A stretch of DNA of 64,000 nucleotides, taken from assembly GCA_002788675.1 (NCBI GenBank), contig PFRS01000005.1, positions 3,731-67,730 of the forward strand, written 5' to 3'. The stretch is from Candidatus Pacebacteria bacterium CG_4_9_14_0_2_um_filter_40_15 (GTDB lineage Bacteria; Patescibacteriota; Microgenomatia; UBA1400; PJMF01). Both the position numbers and the translations under genes were made by a program. Of this stretch, positions 48,175 through 56,850 are shown in pieces; position 1 is the stretch's first letter, and every line of letters begins with the position of its first letter. The notes under the pieces are model-generated. The model ran no database searches. It was given only the letters and a program-made list of their open reading frames with translations, and had not been told where the DNA came from.

Positions 48175-49746
48175 TTACCTTAAACTTTTCAATTCACCTA
48201 TAAGTTTATCATGACCAATAATAAGAAGTGCGGCAATATAACTAAGACCAACTATAAATGCACCCAATGCCAAGTTTGTTATACTCTGTCCCCAATACGG
48301 CATTCCTAGATACCCAACACCAGCCATGACACAAGCTGCAACCAGTTGGCGCCAAACTGAATCTACAAAGTTAATCGGTACAAATTTTTTAACATAATAT
48401 GCAGGCAGGAGTGAAGTGAAAGAAATTATAAACGCTGCAACAGCAACCGCTTCATAGCCAATATAGCGAAGTAAGATTGGCGTAATTACCCAAGTGAGAG
48501 AAGTCCACATAATCATTAATTTAAGTGTGATATCAATCTTTCCTACTGCATTGAGCGTATTGGATAGTGGTGTTGATACTGCACTCCAGCCAATACTCAT
48601 AGTGAAGAAAATTAGACTAATAACAGCTGGTTGCCACTTTTGGTAGACAGGAAAAACTTGGAGCACTGGATTAATAAAGACCACCATGCCGACCAAAATA
48701 GGAAAAATTGCCGTAGTAATAAAGAACAAAGATTTTTCGATTGCCTTTTTAAGAGCCTGAGTGTGACCTTGTAATCGCGAAAAAGCAGGAAAGGTAATGG
48801 ACATGACATTTTGGACAGTGAGTGTGTACGGATACATTGACCACTGTTTTGCCCAGTTAATATAGCCAAATTCTTTTGCTGGTAAAAAAGCCGCCAATAC
48901 AAAATAAAAGAGTTGATCTTTAATTCTAGCTAAGAAATCATTCAGTTGAAACTTAGCACCGTAGCCAAATAGACCTTTAAGTGCCTTACGTTGAATATCC
49001 AAACCAACTCCCCACGGTTGCAGTATGGTCATACTTACAGCACCAATTACGGATCTAAAAAGAATTGCATACGCATATGAAATTAATCCATATCCTTGTA
49101 GCACCATATAAATTAAGGTACCTTGAAAAACAATTTGTTCTAAGATTTGTGGAACCACCAATTTTGAGAAATCAAGTTTTCTCTCCAAAATTACAGATGG
49201 AATAGTTTTAATAGTTGCCAATGGGAATGAAATACCCATTGCAAGAAGTATCCACATGCCAGCATCACCAGCTTTAGCTTGGAATGCCCCATTCATACTG
49301 ACGAGAACTGTGGTTCCTACTATAAGCCAGCTCAATATTTGTTGCACAGTAAAGGCCGTACGATAATCTGCTTTTGTAGGTTCTTCTTTTTTCTGAATAA
49401 GGGCTGCTGCTAGACCAATATCTGCAAAGAAAGTGAGTAATCCAACTACTTGTACAACTAGTCCATAAATTCCATAGTCTTCAGGTGAAAGATATGCACT
49501 CAAAAGAGTATTAGCAACTAGGCCAATCACTTGAAGTAGCCCAGTTCTCACAAAATAGGATGCTGCACCAGTCACTGATCGCTTTTTTATTGACTGAAGC
49601 ATTTCTGCTTGAGTCTCGTCAATAAGTTCATCTTGTTCTGGAAATCCCTCTTCAGTAGCACTCTGCACTTCTTGTTCAAAAATGGGTTTGCCCTGTTTTC
49701 TAACAAGTTTTTGTAAAGCTCGTTTTTTAAAAAAAAATGCAAACAC
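48175..49746 (-). CDS. Wzx-type (WzxC-like, MOP superfamily) polysaccharide flippase
   Basis: LSPEDYGIYG, DIGLAAALIQKK, LERKLDF, FPAFSRLQ; about 12-14 TM; acidic N-terminal extension. Confidence 0.9.
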   Translation of the reverse strand: MFAFFFKKRALQKLVRKQGKPIFEQEVQSATEEGFPEQDELIDETQAEMLQSIKKRSVTGAASYFVRTGLLQVIGLVANTLLSAYLSPEDYGIYGLVVQVVGLLTFFADIGLAAALIQKKEEPTKADYRTAFTVQQILSWLIVGTTVLVSMNGAFQAKAGDAGMWILLAMGISFPLATIKTIPSVILERKLDFSKLVVPQILEQIVFQGTLIYMVLQGYGLISYAYAILFRSVIGAVSMTILQPWGVGLDIQRKALKGLFGYGAKFQLNDFLARIKDQLFYFVLAAFLPAKEFGYINWAKQWSMYPYTLTVQNVMSITFPAFSRLQGHTQALKKAIEKSLFFITTAIFPILVGMVVFINPVLQVFPVYQKWQPAVISLIFFTMSIGWSAVSTPLSNTLNAVGKIDITLKLMIMWTSLTWVITPILLRYIGYEAVAVAAFIISFTSLLPAYYVKKFVPINFVDSVWRQLVAACVMAGVGYLGMPYWGQSITNLALGAFIVGLSYIAALLIIGHDKLIGELKSLR

Positions 49747-51485
49747 TAGACTACTTCCTTTCTGAAGAATGAAGCTCGATGTTGTATCATGTACAAACCT
49801 GCTAATGTTACTACACTTATAAGCGAAACAATATCACTAACATCTCTCACCTGTGTCCCTTGAAACTGAATACCAACCTGTTGAGTACCTGCTGGAAGGG
49901 TGGCTAAAATGGTACCAGATTTGCTCTGCGAATGTGCAACGGCAACAGCATCAGCAAAAACAATCCACCCTGGGTAGTCAGCTATGGCAAACTCAATGAC
50001 GGTAGGCTCAGTGATTTTTTGATCAATTGTGTAGAGCCTCTCATGACCTCGCTCTACAAGTGGGTGCATGGAACACGCAATGGTTACACATTTCACAGTG
50101 AAATCTGGTGGTTGTATTCCATCTAGGTTGACACCCAGTGGAATATAATCTGGCAAAATGTCACTCATATGAGCAGCAACTCTAGTAGGATTATCATAAT
50201 AGAGTCCAGAAGCATCTAAATACTGTTCTTCTGGTTGAAAATAAGCAACTGTGCTTGTTTGTAAAATAAGATACAGCACAACTAAGTACATTCTTGTTTG
50301 TCTACCCTTTACAAAAAGGAAAGGCACCCCAGTAAGTAAGGCTAACCCTAATGAAGCAACAGACAGGTATCTCCAAGGGAATTGAATATATGAGAGAATT
50401 TCAATTCCTCTCCAAATGGAAATAGAGCGCTGCAGAGACATAAAGAGTGCTCCAATTGTGACTGCAAAAAGTGTGACAACTAAAAATGATTTTTTGTCTG
50501 ATACAAGGTTCCCCATTTTTTTCTTTTTAATTATTCTTGCACTGTTCCAAGCAAAATATCCCAAAGCAATTACTACAGCTATCAACTGACCAGTGCCTAA
50601 GTAGAAGGAAATTGGATCACCTGGACCCCATTCAGACCCACCATATCCCCAGTTAGCTGAAAAAAATTGTCGAATATATAAAAAGTGAAGTGAGAAATCA
50701 AAATATCCAGATAAAATAGTTGCCTCAATTTGCGTATAACTCTTTTCCAAAAATGCTGGAAACACATAAAATGCAGAAAGACCAAGAGACAACACGGCTG
50801 CCCCTCCTAGACTACCAATACGTAAAATGAAATCCTCACTCTTACCAGATTTTGTAAAGTGATCAGCTAAAAGCACACCAATCGCAAAAAATATAATAAA
50901 TGGTGCCGCAATGAGAGCTGTTAAATTATGGCTCAAAAGAAGAATAACTGAACCAAATACAGTTGCATAAAATCCTCTCCACTTATTGGATTTACTTTCA
51001 ACAATGCCATACAGAATCCAAGGCAATGCCATCATTCCCCAAGCTTCGCTGAGTGCGCCTCTAACAAAAAGATTAAGCGCTCGATATGGGGCCAAAGTAT
51101 ATGCAGCAGAAACAAGAATGCCAGCTGCCTTATGTGCAAAAAGGGATTTACCTAACTGATATGCTCCCAAAGCTGTTCCTATAGTACACAATAAAAATAG
51201 GAGCTTAACAGATGTTACCAAAGGTATGCCATTCGAGTAGAAAAAAGAACCAACATAATAAGGTAGCGGAGCATAAAACTCATAAAGTGGCATACCGAAC
51301 CCAAAGCCAAAGTTTTCTGTCCACCGCACCGGAAACTGGCCTTCTTGGAGTGCTCTAGTCATTTCTGCTATGCGCACACCATGAATAAAATCATGAACCT
51401 TGAACATTCCAGGTTTAAGTAATGCCCAACTAGAACCCAAAATTATCAAACAAAGTGTAAAAAAGACAAGTATTTTTCTTTTCAT
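49746..51485 (-). CDS. GT-C membrane protein, PTPS-related/YfhO-like family
   Basis: HDFIHGVR, GQFPVRW, GFGMPLYEFYAPL, RGALSE, LLSHN, IQFPWRY, DYPGW. Start reassigned to ATG 51485. Confidence 0.85.
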   Translation of the reverse strand: MKRKILVFFTLCLIILGSSWALLKPGMFKVHDFIHGVRIAEMTRALQEGQFPVRWTENFGFGFGMPLYEFYAPLPYYVGSFFYSNGIPLVTSVKLLFLLCTIGTALGAYQLGKSLFAHKAAGILVSAAYTLAPYRALNLFVRGALSEAWGMMALPWILYGIVESKSNKWRGFYATVFGSVILLLSHNLTALIAAPFIIFFAIGVLLADHFTKSGKSEDFILRIGSLGGAAVLSLGLSAFYVFPAFLEKSYTQIEATILSGYFDFSLHFLYIRQFFSANWGYGGSEWGPGDPISFYLGTGQLIAVVIALGYFAWNSARIIKKKKMGNLVSDKKSFLVVTLFAVTIGALFMSLQRSISIWRGIEILSYIQFPWRYLSVASLGLALLTGVPFLFVKGRQTRMYLVVLYLILQTSTVAYFQPEEQYLDASGLYYDNPTRVAAHMSDILPDYIPLGVNLDGIQPPDFTVKCVTIACSMHPLVERGHERLYTIDQKITEPTVIEFAIADYPGWIVFADAVAVAHSQSKSGTILATLPAGTQQVGIQFQGTQVRDVSDIVSLISVVTLAGLYMIQHRASFFRKEVV

Positions 51486-51592
51486 TGATCTTATTCTAGC
51501 AGGGAAAACAGACAAGTTACAATCTGATTTGTATGCAATACTCATAAGACATGGTATACAATTGTATACATACCAAAAATATTTGGCTCAAT

Positions 51593-52738
51593 ATGGCAAC
51601 AACACAGCATAAAAAAATAACTAAAAACCCAACACATGTACTTGAAACTGAGTCAACAATGCAAACTGATCAAGCAGTAGAAATTCCATCAGCTGCGAGC
51701 ATTTTTATTAAGGCTACGCTCCTCGCTCTCTCTTTTGCATTTGTAATGTTACTTATAACCGGTGTAGGAATAGGTATCTGGGGATACACAAAAGTACAAA
51801 CACTTTTCACTGAATCTGGCATCTCATATCAAGAAATGAAAACTCTTGTATCAGAGGGTCTAGCAAATGAACCTAAACAAACAAATGGCGTAACAACAGT
51901 ACTCCTTCTTGGTCTTGATTCACTTGAAACTCGTCCAGGAAGTCCCCAACTCACTGATACCATCATGCTAATTTTCATAAATTATGCTGATGGCACCATT
52001 TCAACACTTCCGCTTCCCAGAGACATTTGGAGTACTGAATTCAAAACTAAAATTAATGCTCTCTATTTCTATGGTCAAGAACGATATCCTGACGAACCAG
52101 AAAGGTTTAGCCGAGAGGTGATTGCTGAACTGACAGGCACTTCGATCGACTACACCGTAGTTATTACTATGGACCAAGTAAGTACTATTATCGATACACT
52201 TGGTGGAGTCAACGTTGATGTTCCACATGCATTTACCGATACCCAATTTCCACGCCCTGATGTTGATGTTACACAAGTAACTGATCCCAATCTTCTCTAT
52301 CAAACAATTTCATTTAAGACTGGACCCCAAATACTGTCGGGAGAACAAGCATTGCAATACATGAGAAGCCGTAAAAGTGGCGATGACGAAGGTGACGACA
52401 ATGCTCGAGGTGCCCGCCAACAACTTATAATTCAATCACTTGCAAATACAGCACAATCTAAAGCAGTACTCACCAATCTAAAACTTATTGGCACACTTCT
52501 CCGATACTACCAAGAAACATACAGTCAATATATGTCTTTATCTGAAGGTATATCTATAGCCACAAAATTATTTGAACAACCAGAGGGTATTAGTTTTGTA
52601 TCACGCTCACTGCCAATCCTACCTGAAAATCAAGATGGAGTACTTATAAATCCTCCAATCAAGAAATATTCTGTATGGGTCTATGAGATAGTAGACAAAA
52701 CTGCATTTCAAAATTATATTCATTCGTTAGTTAAATAA
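51593..52738 (+). CDS. LytR-CpsA-Psr (LCP) family glycopolymer ligase
   Basis: Single TM, then LLLGLD, TDTIML, LPRD, KINA, IDTLGGV, ALQYMRSR, DNARGARQQ. Start likely ATG 51593 (track start 51551). Confidence 0.93.
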   Translation: MATTQHKKITKNPTHVLETESTMQTDQAVEIPSAASIFIKATLLALSFAFVMLLITGVGIGIWGYTKVQTLFTESGISYQEMKTLVSEGLANEPKQTNGVTTVLLLGLDSLETRPGSPQLTDTIMLIFINYADGTISTLPLPRDIWSTEFKTKINALYFYGQERYPDEPERFSREVIAELTGTSIDYTVVITMDQVSTIIDTLGGVNVDVPHAFTDTQFPRPDVDVTQVTDPNLLYQTISFKTGPQILSGEQALQYMRSRKSGDDEGDDNARGARQQLIIQSLANTAQSKAVLTNLKLIGTLLRYYQETYSQYMSLSEGISIATKLFEQPEGISFVSRSLPILPENQDGVLINPPIKKYSVWVYEIVDKTAFQNYIHSLVK

Positions 52739-52740
52739 TC

Positions 52741-52956
52741 ATGATTAAAAAAATATCTCTAGAAATCTCAGATAAATCAATTATTAGAATACTCATCATT
52801 TTAGTAATTGTTCTCTCAATAAGTAGTGGTATGTTGGCTGAAGAACTCAGACAACAACAAAAATTATATGATAAAGTTGAAGATATGTTCGTACGAGTAA
52901 GAACACAACTTGGACGAGATCAAACGCAACGATTAATTGACCAAAGTTATGAATAA
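52741..52956 (+). CDS. Small single-TM hypothetical protein
   Basis: 71 aa, one TM plus a coiled segment, tightly packed between LCP and rmlB. Confidence 0.7.
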   Translation: MIKKISLEISDKSIIRILIILVIVLSISSGMLAEELRQQQKLYDKVEDMFVRVRTQLGRDQTQRLIDQSYE

Positions 52957-52977
52957 CACCTACGCAAGGAGTGCAAA

Positions 52978-54000
52978 ATGGCAAATCAAACAATTTTAGT
53001 TACGGGTGGAGCAGGATTTATTGGAAGTAACTTTATTCTCTATTGGATGAATAATCATCCAGAAGACAAAATAATCAACCTGGATGCCCTCACATACGCA
53101 GGTAATACAAAAAATCTTGCTTCAGTCTCTGATTTGCCAAACTACATTTTTGTAGAAGGAAATATTACCGACAGAGAGCTTGTAGACCGACTTATGGCAA
53201 GTTGTGATATTGTCGTACATTTCGCTGCAGAATCTCATGTGGACCGCTCTATTCTTAACCCTGATACATTTATTCAAACAAATATCATAGGAACTCATGT
53301 GCTGCTCGAATCTGCACTCCATAATGACATTAAGCATTTTCACCATATTTCTACCGATGAGGTCTTTGGTTCACTAAAATTAGGCAGTGACACACAATTT
53401 TCCGAACACACACCATATGATCCACGTAGTCCATACTCTGCCAGTAAGGCATCCTCCGATCATTTGGTAAGAGCGTATGGAGAAACATACGGCTTGAACT
53501 ACACAATAACCAACTGCTCAAATAACTACGGAGAGTATCAATTCCCAGAAAAACTTATTCCCCTCGCTATATCCCATATTCTTGCTGATAAACCTGTTCC
53601 AGTCTATGGAGATGGCTTACAAGTAAGAGATTGGTTATATGTCCAAGATCACTGCACAGCCATTGAAAAAGTACTCCAGAGTGGTAAATCACAGGAAACA
53701 TACGTTGTTGGTGGCCTCACAGAAGATATTCCCAATATCGAAGTAGTCAAAACAATTTTACGTATCATGAAGAAACCTGAAGATATGCTTATTCATGTGA
53801 CCGACAGAGCTGGTCATGATGTCCGCTATAGTGTTAATTGGTCCAAGATTGAATCCGACCTTGGCTGGAAACCATCTGTTTCATTCGAGGAAGGCATGCA
53901 GAAGACAGTAGCCTGGTACCTTGCTAACGAAGCATGGTGGAAACCATTAGTATCAGCAAATGCTGCATATTTCAAAAAAAATTACCAAGGAAGAGAATAA
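52978..54000 (+). CDS. rmlB: dTDP-glucose 4,6-dehydratase
   Basis: VTGGAGFIGSN, HFAAESHVDRSI, STDEVFG, SPYSASKA, NCSNNYG, PEKLIP, RDWLYV, DRAGHDVRY. Confidence 0.96.
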   Translation: MANQTILVTGGAGFIGSNFILYWMNNHPEDKIINLDALTYAGNTKNLASVSDLPNYIFVEGNITDRELVDRLMASCDIVVHFAAESHVDRSILNPDTFIQTNIIGTHVLLESALHNDIKHFHHISTDEVFGSLKLGSDTQFSEHTPYDPRSPYSASKASSDHLVRAYGETYGLNYTITNCSNNYGEYQFPEKLIPLAISHILADKPVPVYGDGLQVRDWLYVQDHCTAIEKVLQSGKSQETYVVGGLTEDIPNIEVVKTILRIMKKPEDMLIHVTDRAGHDVRYSVNWSKIESDLGWKPSVSFEEGMQKTVAWYLANEAWWKPLVSANAAYFKKNYQGRE

Positions 54001-54015
54001 TTGAAAGAAGCGACT

Positions 54016-54612
54016 ATGTTTACCCCTACGAAAGATTTAGAAGTAGCTCATGGAATTTTTCGAACCCAACTTGCAGGTCTGTATTTTATTGCCAGCACCA
54101 AACAGAGTGATGACCGTGGTTACTATTCAGAATTAGTACGGCTTCCTGAACTAGATGCTATTAGAAACACGCCTTTTGTGGTTGCACAAGTAAATATTGC
54201 TCGATCACTTGAAAACGTGGCTCGAGGGATACATGCTGAAAATTGGAATAAGCTTGTCACAGTTACCAATGGCACCGCTTTTTGTGCATTTGCCGATATT
54301 AGACCTGAATCTCAGACATTTGGTCAAGTTGAAACGGTGTTATTAGGACAAAGTACTGAAGCTCTCCATGGTTCTTTCTTTATCGAAAAAGGCATTGGAA
54401 ACTCACTCTGTGTTACTGCTGGACCTGTTGATTATATCTACTATGTTGACGCATTATATAAAGATAGAGATACGACTTATGATCGAGCAGTATCACTATT
54501 TGATCCAGATTTAGCTATTAATTGGCCGCTTTCTAAGGAAGAAATGATTATCTCTGATCGAGATAAAGATGCAGTAACTGTACAAGAACTATTCCCGGAG
54601 AAATATGTCTAA
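54016..54612 (+). CDS. rmlC: dTDP-4-dehydrorhamnose 3,5-epimerase
   Basis: DDRGYYSE, ARGIHAENWNKLV, DIRPESQTFG, GIGNS, FDPDLAINWP, ISDRD. Confidence 0.9.
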   Translation: MFTPTKDLEVAHGIFRTQLAGLYFIASTKQSDDRGYYSELVRLPELDAIRNTPFVVAQVNIARSLENVARGIHAENWNKLVTVTNGTAFCAFADIRPESQTFGQVETVLLGQSTEALHGSFFIEKGIGNSLCVTAGPVDYIYYVDALYKDRDTTYDRAVSLFDPDLAINWPLSKEEMIISDRDKDAVTVQELFPEKYV

Positions 54613-55480
54613 TTCACTGTTTGCAACAGGTATTAATGGTCTTGTCGGATCTGAGTTTGCAACTCAGTTTGCCAATTCCTATACTATTCACTCACTCGAT
54701 ATTGCAAATCCTCTAAATCCAGTTGATATTACAGATAAGGCAAGTGTCGTGACAGCACTTTCAGCTGATCCAACTGCAAAATTTGTGCTCCACCTGGCCG
54801 CATTTACTAACGTAACTGATGCCTGGAATCAAAATGGAGATACTTCAGGTATTGCCTACAAAGTTAACGTGACTGGTACACGAAACATTGTTGAAGCTTG
54901 CCAAGAACTTGGCTTACACCTTATTCATATCTCAACAGCGTATGTCTTTGATGGCGAAAAGGATGACCTCTATACCGAAGATGACGCAGTCTCACCAATT
55001 GAGTGGTATGGCCAGACCAAAGCGGATGCTGAGGCTGTTGTGCAAGAAAGTGCTATTGACTGGACCATTTTAAGAATTGATCAGCCATTTAGGAGCGATT
55101 CTTTTCCCAGACTTGATATAGCTCATAGAATCATCGATGGTTTAAATACTGACATGTTGTATCCTCAGTTTGAAAACCACTACTTTGGACCCACCTACAT
55201 CAACGATTTTTCTAAAGTTGTCGATTGGGTCATTCGCACCAAAACAACCGGACTCTTTAATGCTTCAAGTGGAGAAAAGTGGTCAGATTTTGAGTTTGCT
55301 ACTGCAATTGCAAACAACAAGGGCTTCACTACGGAAATTCAAAGGAGTAATTTAGATGAGTATCTTAAAACACTTGACCGTCCCTACCAGCGAAATACTG
55401 CTATGAATACTGAAAAGTTACAATCGGTTATAGACTTTGAGTTAACGCCGATTAGTAAAGCGTTGGCTGAAATTGTATAG
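54605..55480 (+). CDS. rmlD: dTDP-4-dehydrorhamnose reductase
   Basis: TGINGLVG, HLAAFTNV, HISTAYVFDG, WYGQTK, PTYIND; follows rmlBC. Confidence 0.88.
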   Translation: MSNSLFATGINGLVGSEFATQFANSYTIHSLDIANPLNPVDITDKASVVTALSADPTAKFVLHLAAFTNVTDAWNQNGDTSGIAYKVNVTGTRNIVEACQELGLHLIHISTAYVFDGEKDDLYTEDDAVSPIEWYGQTKADAEAVVQESAIDWTILRIDQPFRSDSFPRLDIAHRIIDGLNTDMLYPQFENHYFGPTYINDFSKVVDWVIRTKTTGLFNASSGEKWSDFEFATAIANNKGFTTEIQRSNLDEYLKTLDRPYQRNTAMNTEKLQSVIDFELTPISKALAEIV

Positions 55481-55508
55481 CTTTTCCCCTCAGGCGCTAG
55501 CATATATC

Positions 55509-55537
55509 TTGCTTTTTATAGGTCTAAGTAGTATAAT
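55509..55537 (+). promoter_or_regulatory. sigma70 promoter of the 55580 ORF, followed by a boxA-like motif at 55544-55555
   Basis: TTGCTT-17 nt-TATAAT; TGTTCTTTAACT; AGGAG RBS. Confidence 0.7.
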
Positions 55538-55579
55538 CTTGCTTGTTCTTTAACTTGTCACACAAAAAAAGGAGCAACA

Positions 55580-56026
55580 ATGAACATTTTGTGGTACCTT
55601 CAGCAATTCTCAAAATTTTTGCGGAAGGCAAATGTAAACCCAGAAACACAGTATGCACTGGCTGCGCTAACTGCGCCGGCCTGTATTCAGCTTTTTTTAG
55701 GATTTGATGTACTGTTTCTTGTTATTGCTGCAGTTGCAGCATTTGTATTGGTATACACGGCAAATTCGTCGGTATTCCCACTATATCTACTTGCATCAAT
55801 TGTTTTGATGTCAGTAGCCATATTTAATATTCAAAATAATGCCATAGCCACTGCAGTTATTTTTGCCTCAATAGGCTTCGGTCTATTTTGGCAATTAATG
55901 TTCTTTTATGCAAAGAGAGAAATTGGCGTTGGATTATCAGTGGTATTTACAACACTGATGAATATCATCCATTTATTAGTTTTCGGCTATTATAGCTACG
56001 CGGTGATTACCGCGTTGGTGTTTTAG
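55580..56026 (+). CDS. Hypothetical membrane protein (4-5 TM)
   Basis: 148 aa hydrophobic ORF with its own promoter, RBS and terminator. Confidence 0.75.
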   Translation: MNILWYLQQFSKFLRKANVNPETQYALAALTAPACIQLFLGFDVLFLVIAAVAAFVLVYTANSSVFPLYLLASIVLMSVAIFNIQNNAIATAVIFASIGFGLFWQLMFFYAKREIGVGLSVVFTTLMNIIHLLVFGYYSYAVITALVF

Positions 56027-56045
56027 CCAAATTCTGTGACAAGTT

Positions 56046-56075
56046 AAAAAAATCCCGTCCATGTGGCGGGATTTT
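56046..56075. terminator. Bidirectional intrinsic terminator
   Basis: AAAATCCCGTC-CATGT-GGCGGGATTTT between the convergent 55580 ORF and trmD. Confidence 0.75.
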
Positions 56076-56097
56076 GACGTCCGTAACTGTAAAAGTC

Positions 56098-56757
56098 TTA
56101 CTTTTCAGATTTTCGATGTTCTTCTCTCCATGCTTCAATATCTTTATGATTCCCCGAAAGCAATACATCTGGGACAAGCATACCCCTAAACTCTTGAGGT
56201 CGAGTATACTGAGGATAGCCAAGAACTCCAGGCTGGTCATGTGATTCCCCCATAATGCTTTCTTCATTTCCCAAAACCCCAGGAAGCAAACGAATAAGAC
56301 TATCAGCCAGTACCGCTGCTGCAGGCTCTCCACCAGATAAAACAAAATCACCAATACGCACTTCATGATCAACAAACTGCTGCACTACTCGCTCATCAAC
56401 GCCTTCATAGTGCCCGCAAATAATAATAACCACATCCTGTGTAGCAAATTCTCGAGCATCCTGTTGTGTGTACATTTTTCCTTGAGCTGAAGTAAGTAAG
56501 ACTATGACCTTTTGATCCGTAGGAATGCTTGCTTTAACTGACTCAAGAGCCAATGCAATTGGTTCAACTTTCATTACCATTCCAGGGCCACCGCCAAACG
56601 GTCGGTCATCAGTGGTGCGTTGCGTATCATGGGCAAAATCTCTAATTTGTACGATATCAACATTCGCTTTGCCTGAAGCAATTGCTTTACCAATAAGTGA
56701 AACCGAAAAGAGGTTAGCAAAATAGTCTGGAAATAACGTTAGAATAACAATTCTCAT
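56098..56757 (-). CDS. trmD: tRNA (guanine37-N1)-methyltransferase
   Basis: LTLFPD, DDRPFGGGPGMVMK, CGHYEGVDERV, IGDFVLSGGE, YPQYTRP, LLSGNH. Confidence 0.98.
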   Translation of the reverse strand: MRIVILTLFPDYFANLFSVSLIGKAIASGKANVDIVQIRDFAHDTQRTTDDRPFGGGPGMVMKVEPIALALESVKASIPTDQKVIVLLTSAQGKMYTQQDAREFATQDVVIIICGHYEGVDERVVQQFVDHEVRIGDFVLSGGEPAAAVLADSLIRLLPGVLGNEESIMGESHDQPGVLGYPQYTRPQEFRGMLVPDVLLSGNHKDIEAWREEHRKSEK

Positions 56758-56850
56758 AGTAGTTGTATTCTAACATCTTGCGCCTAGGATCCAAAATAGA
56801 ATACCAGCGCGTTATTGTGCTGAGTGCAATGGAAATGGTAGTATTACGCT

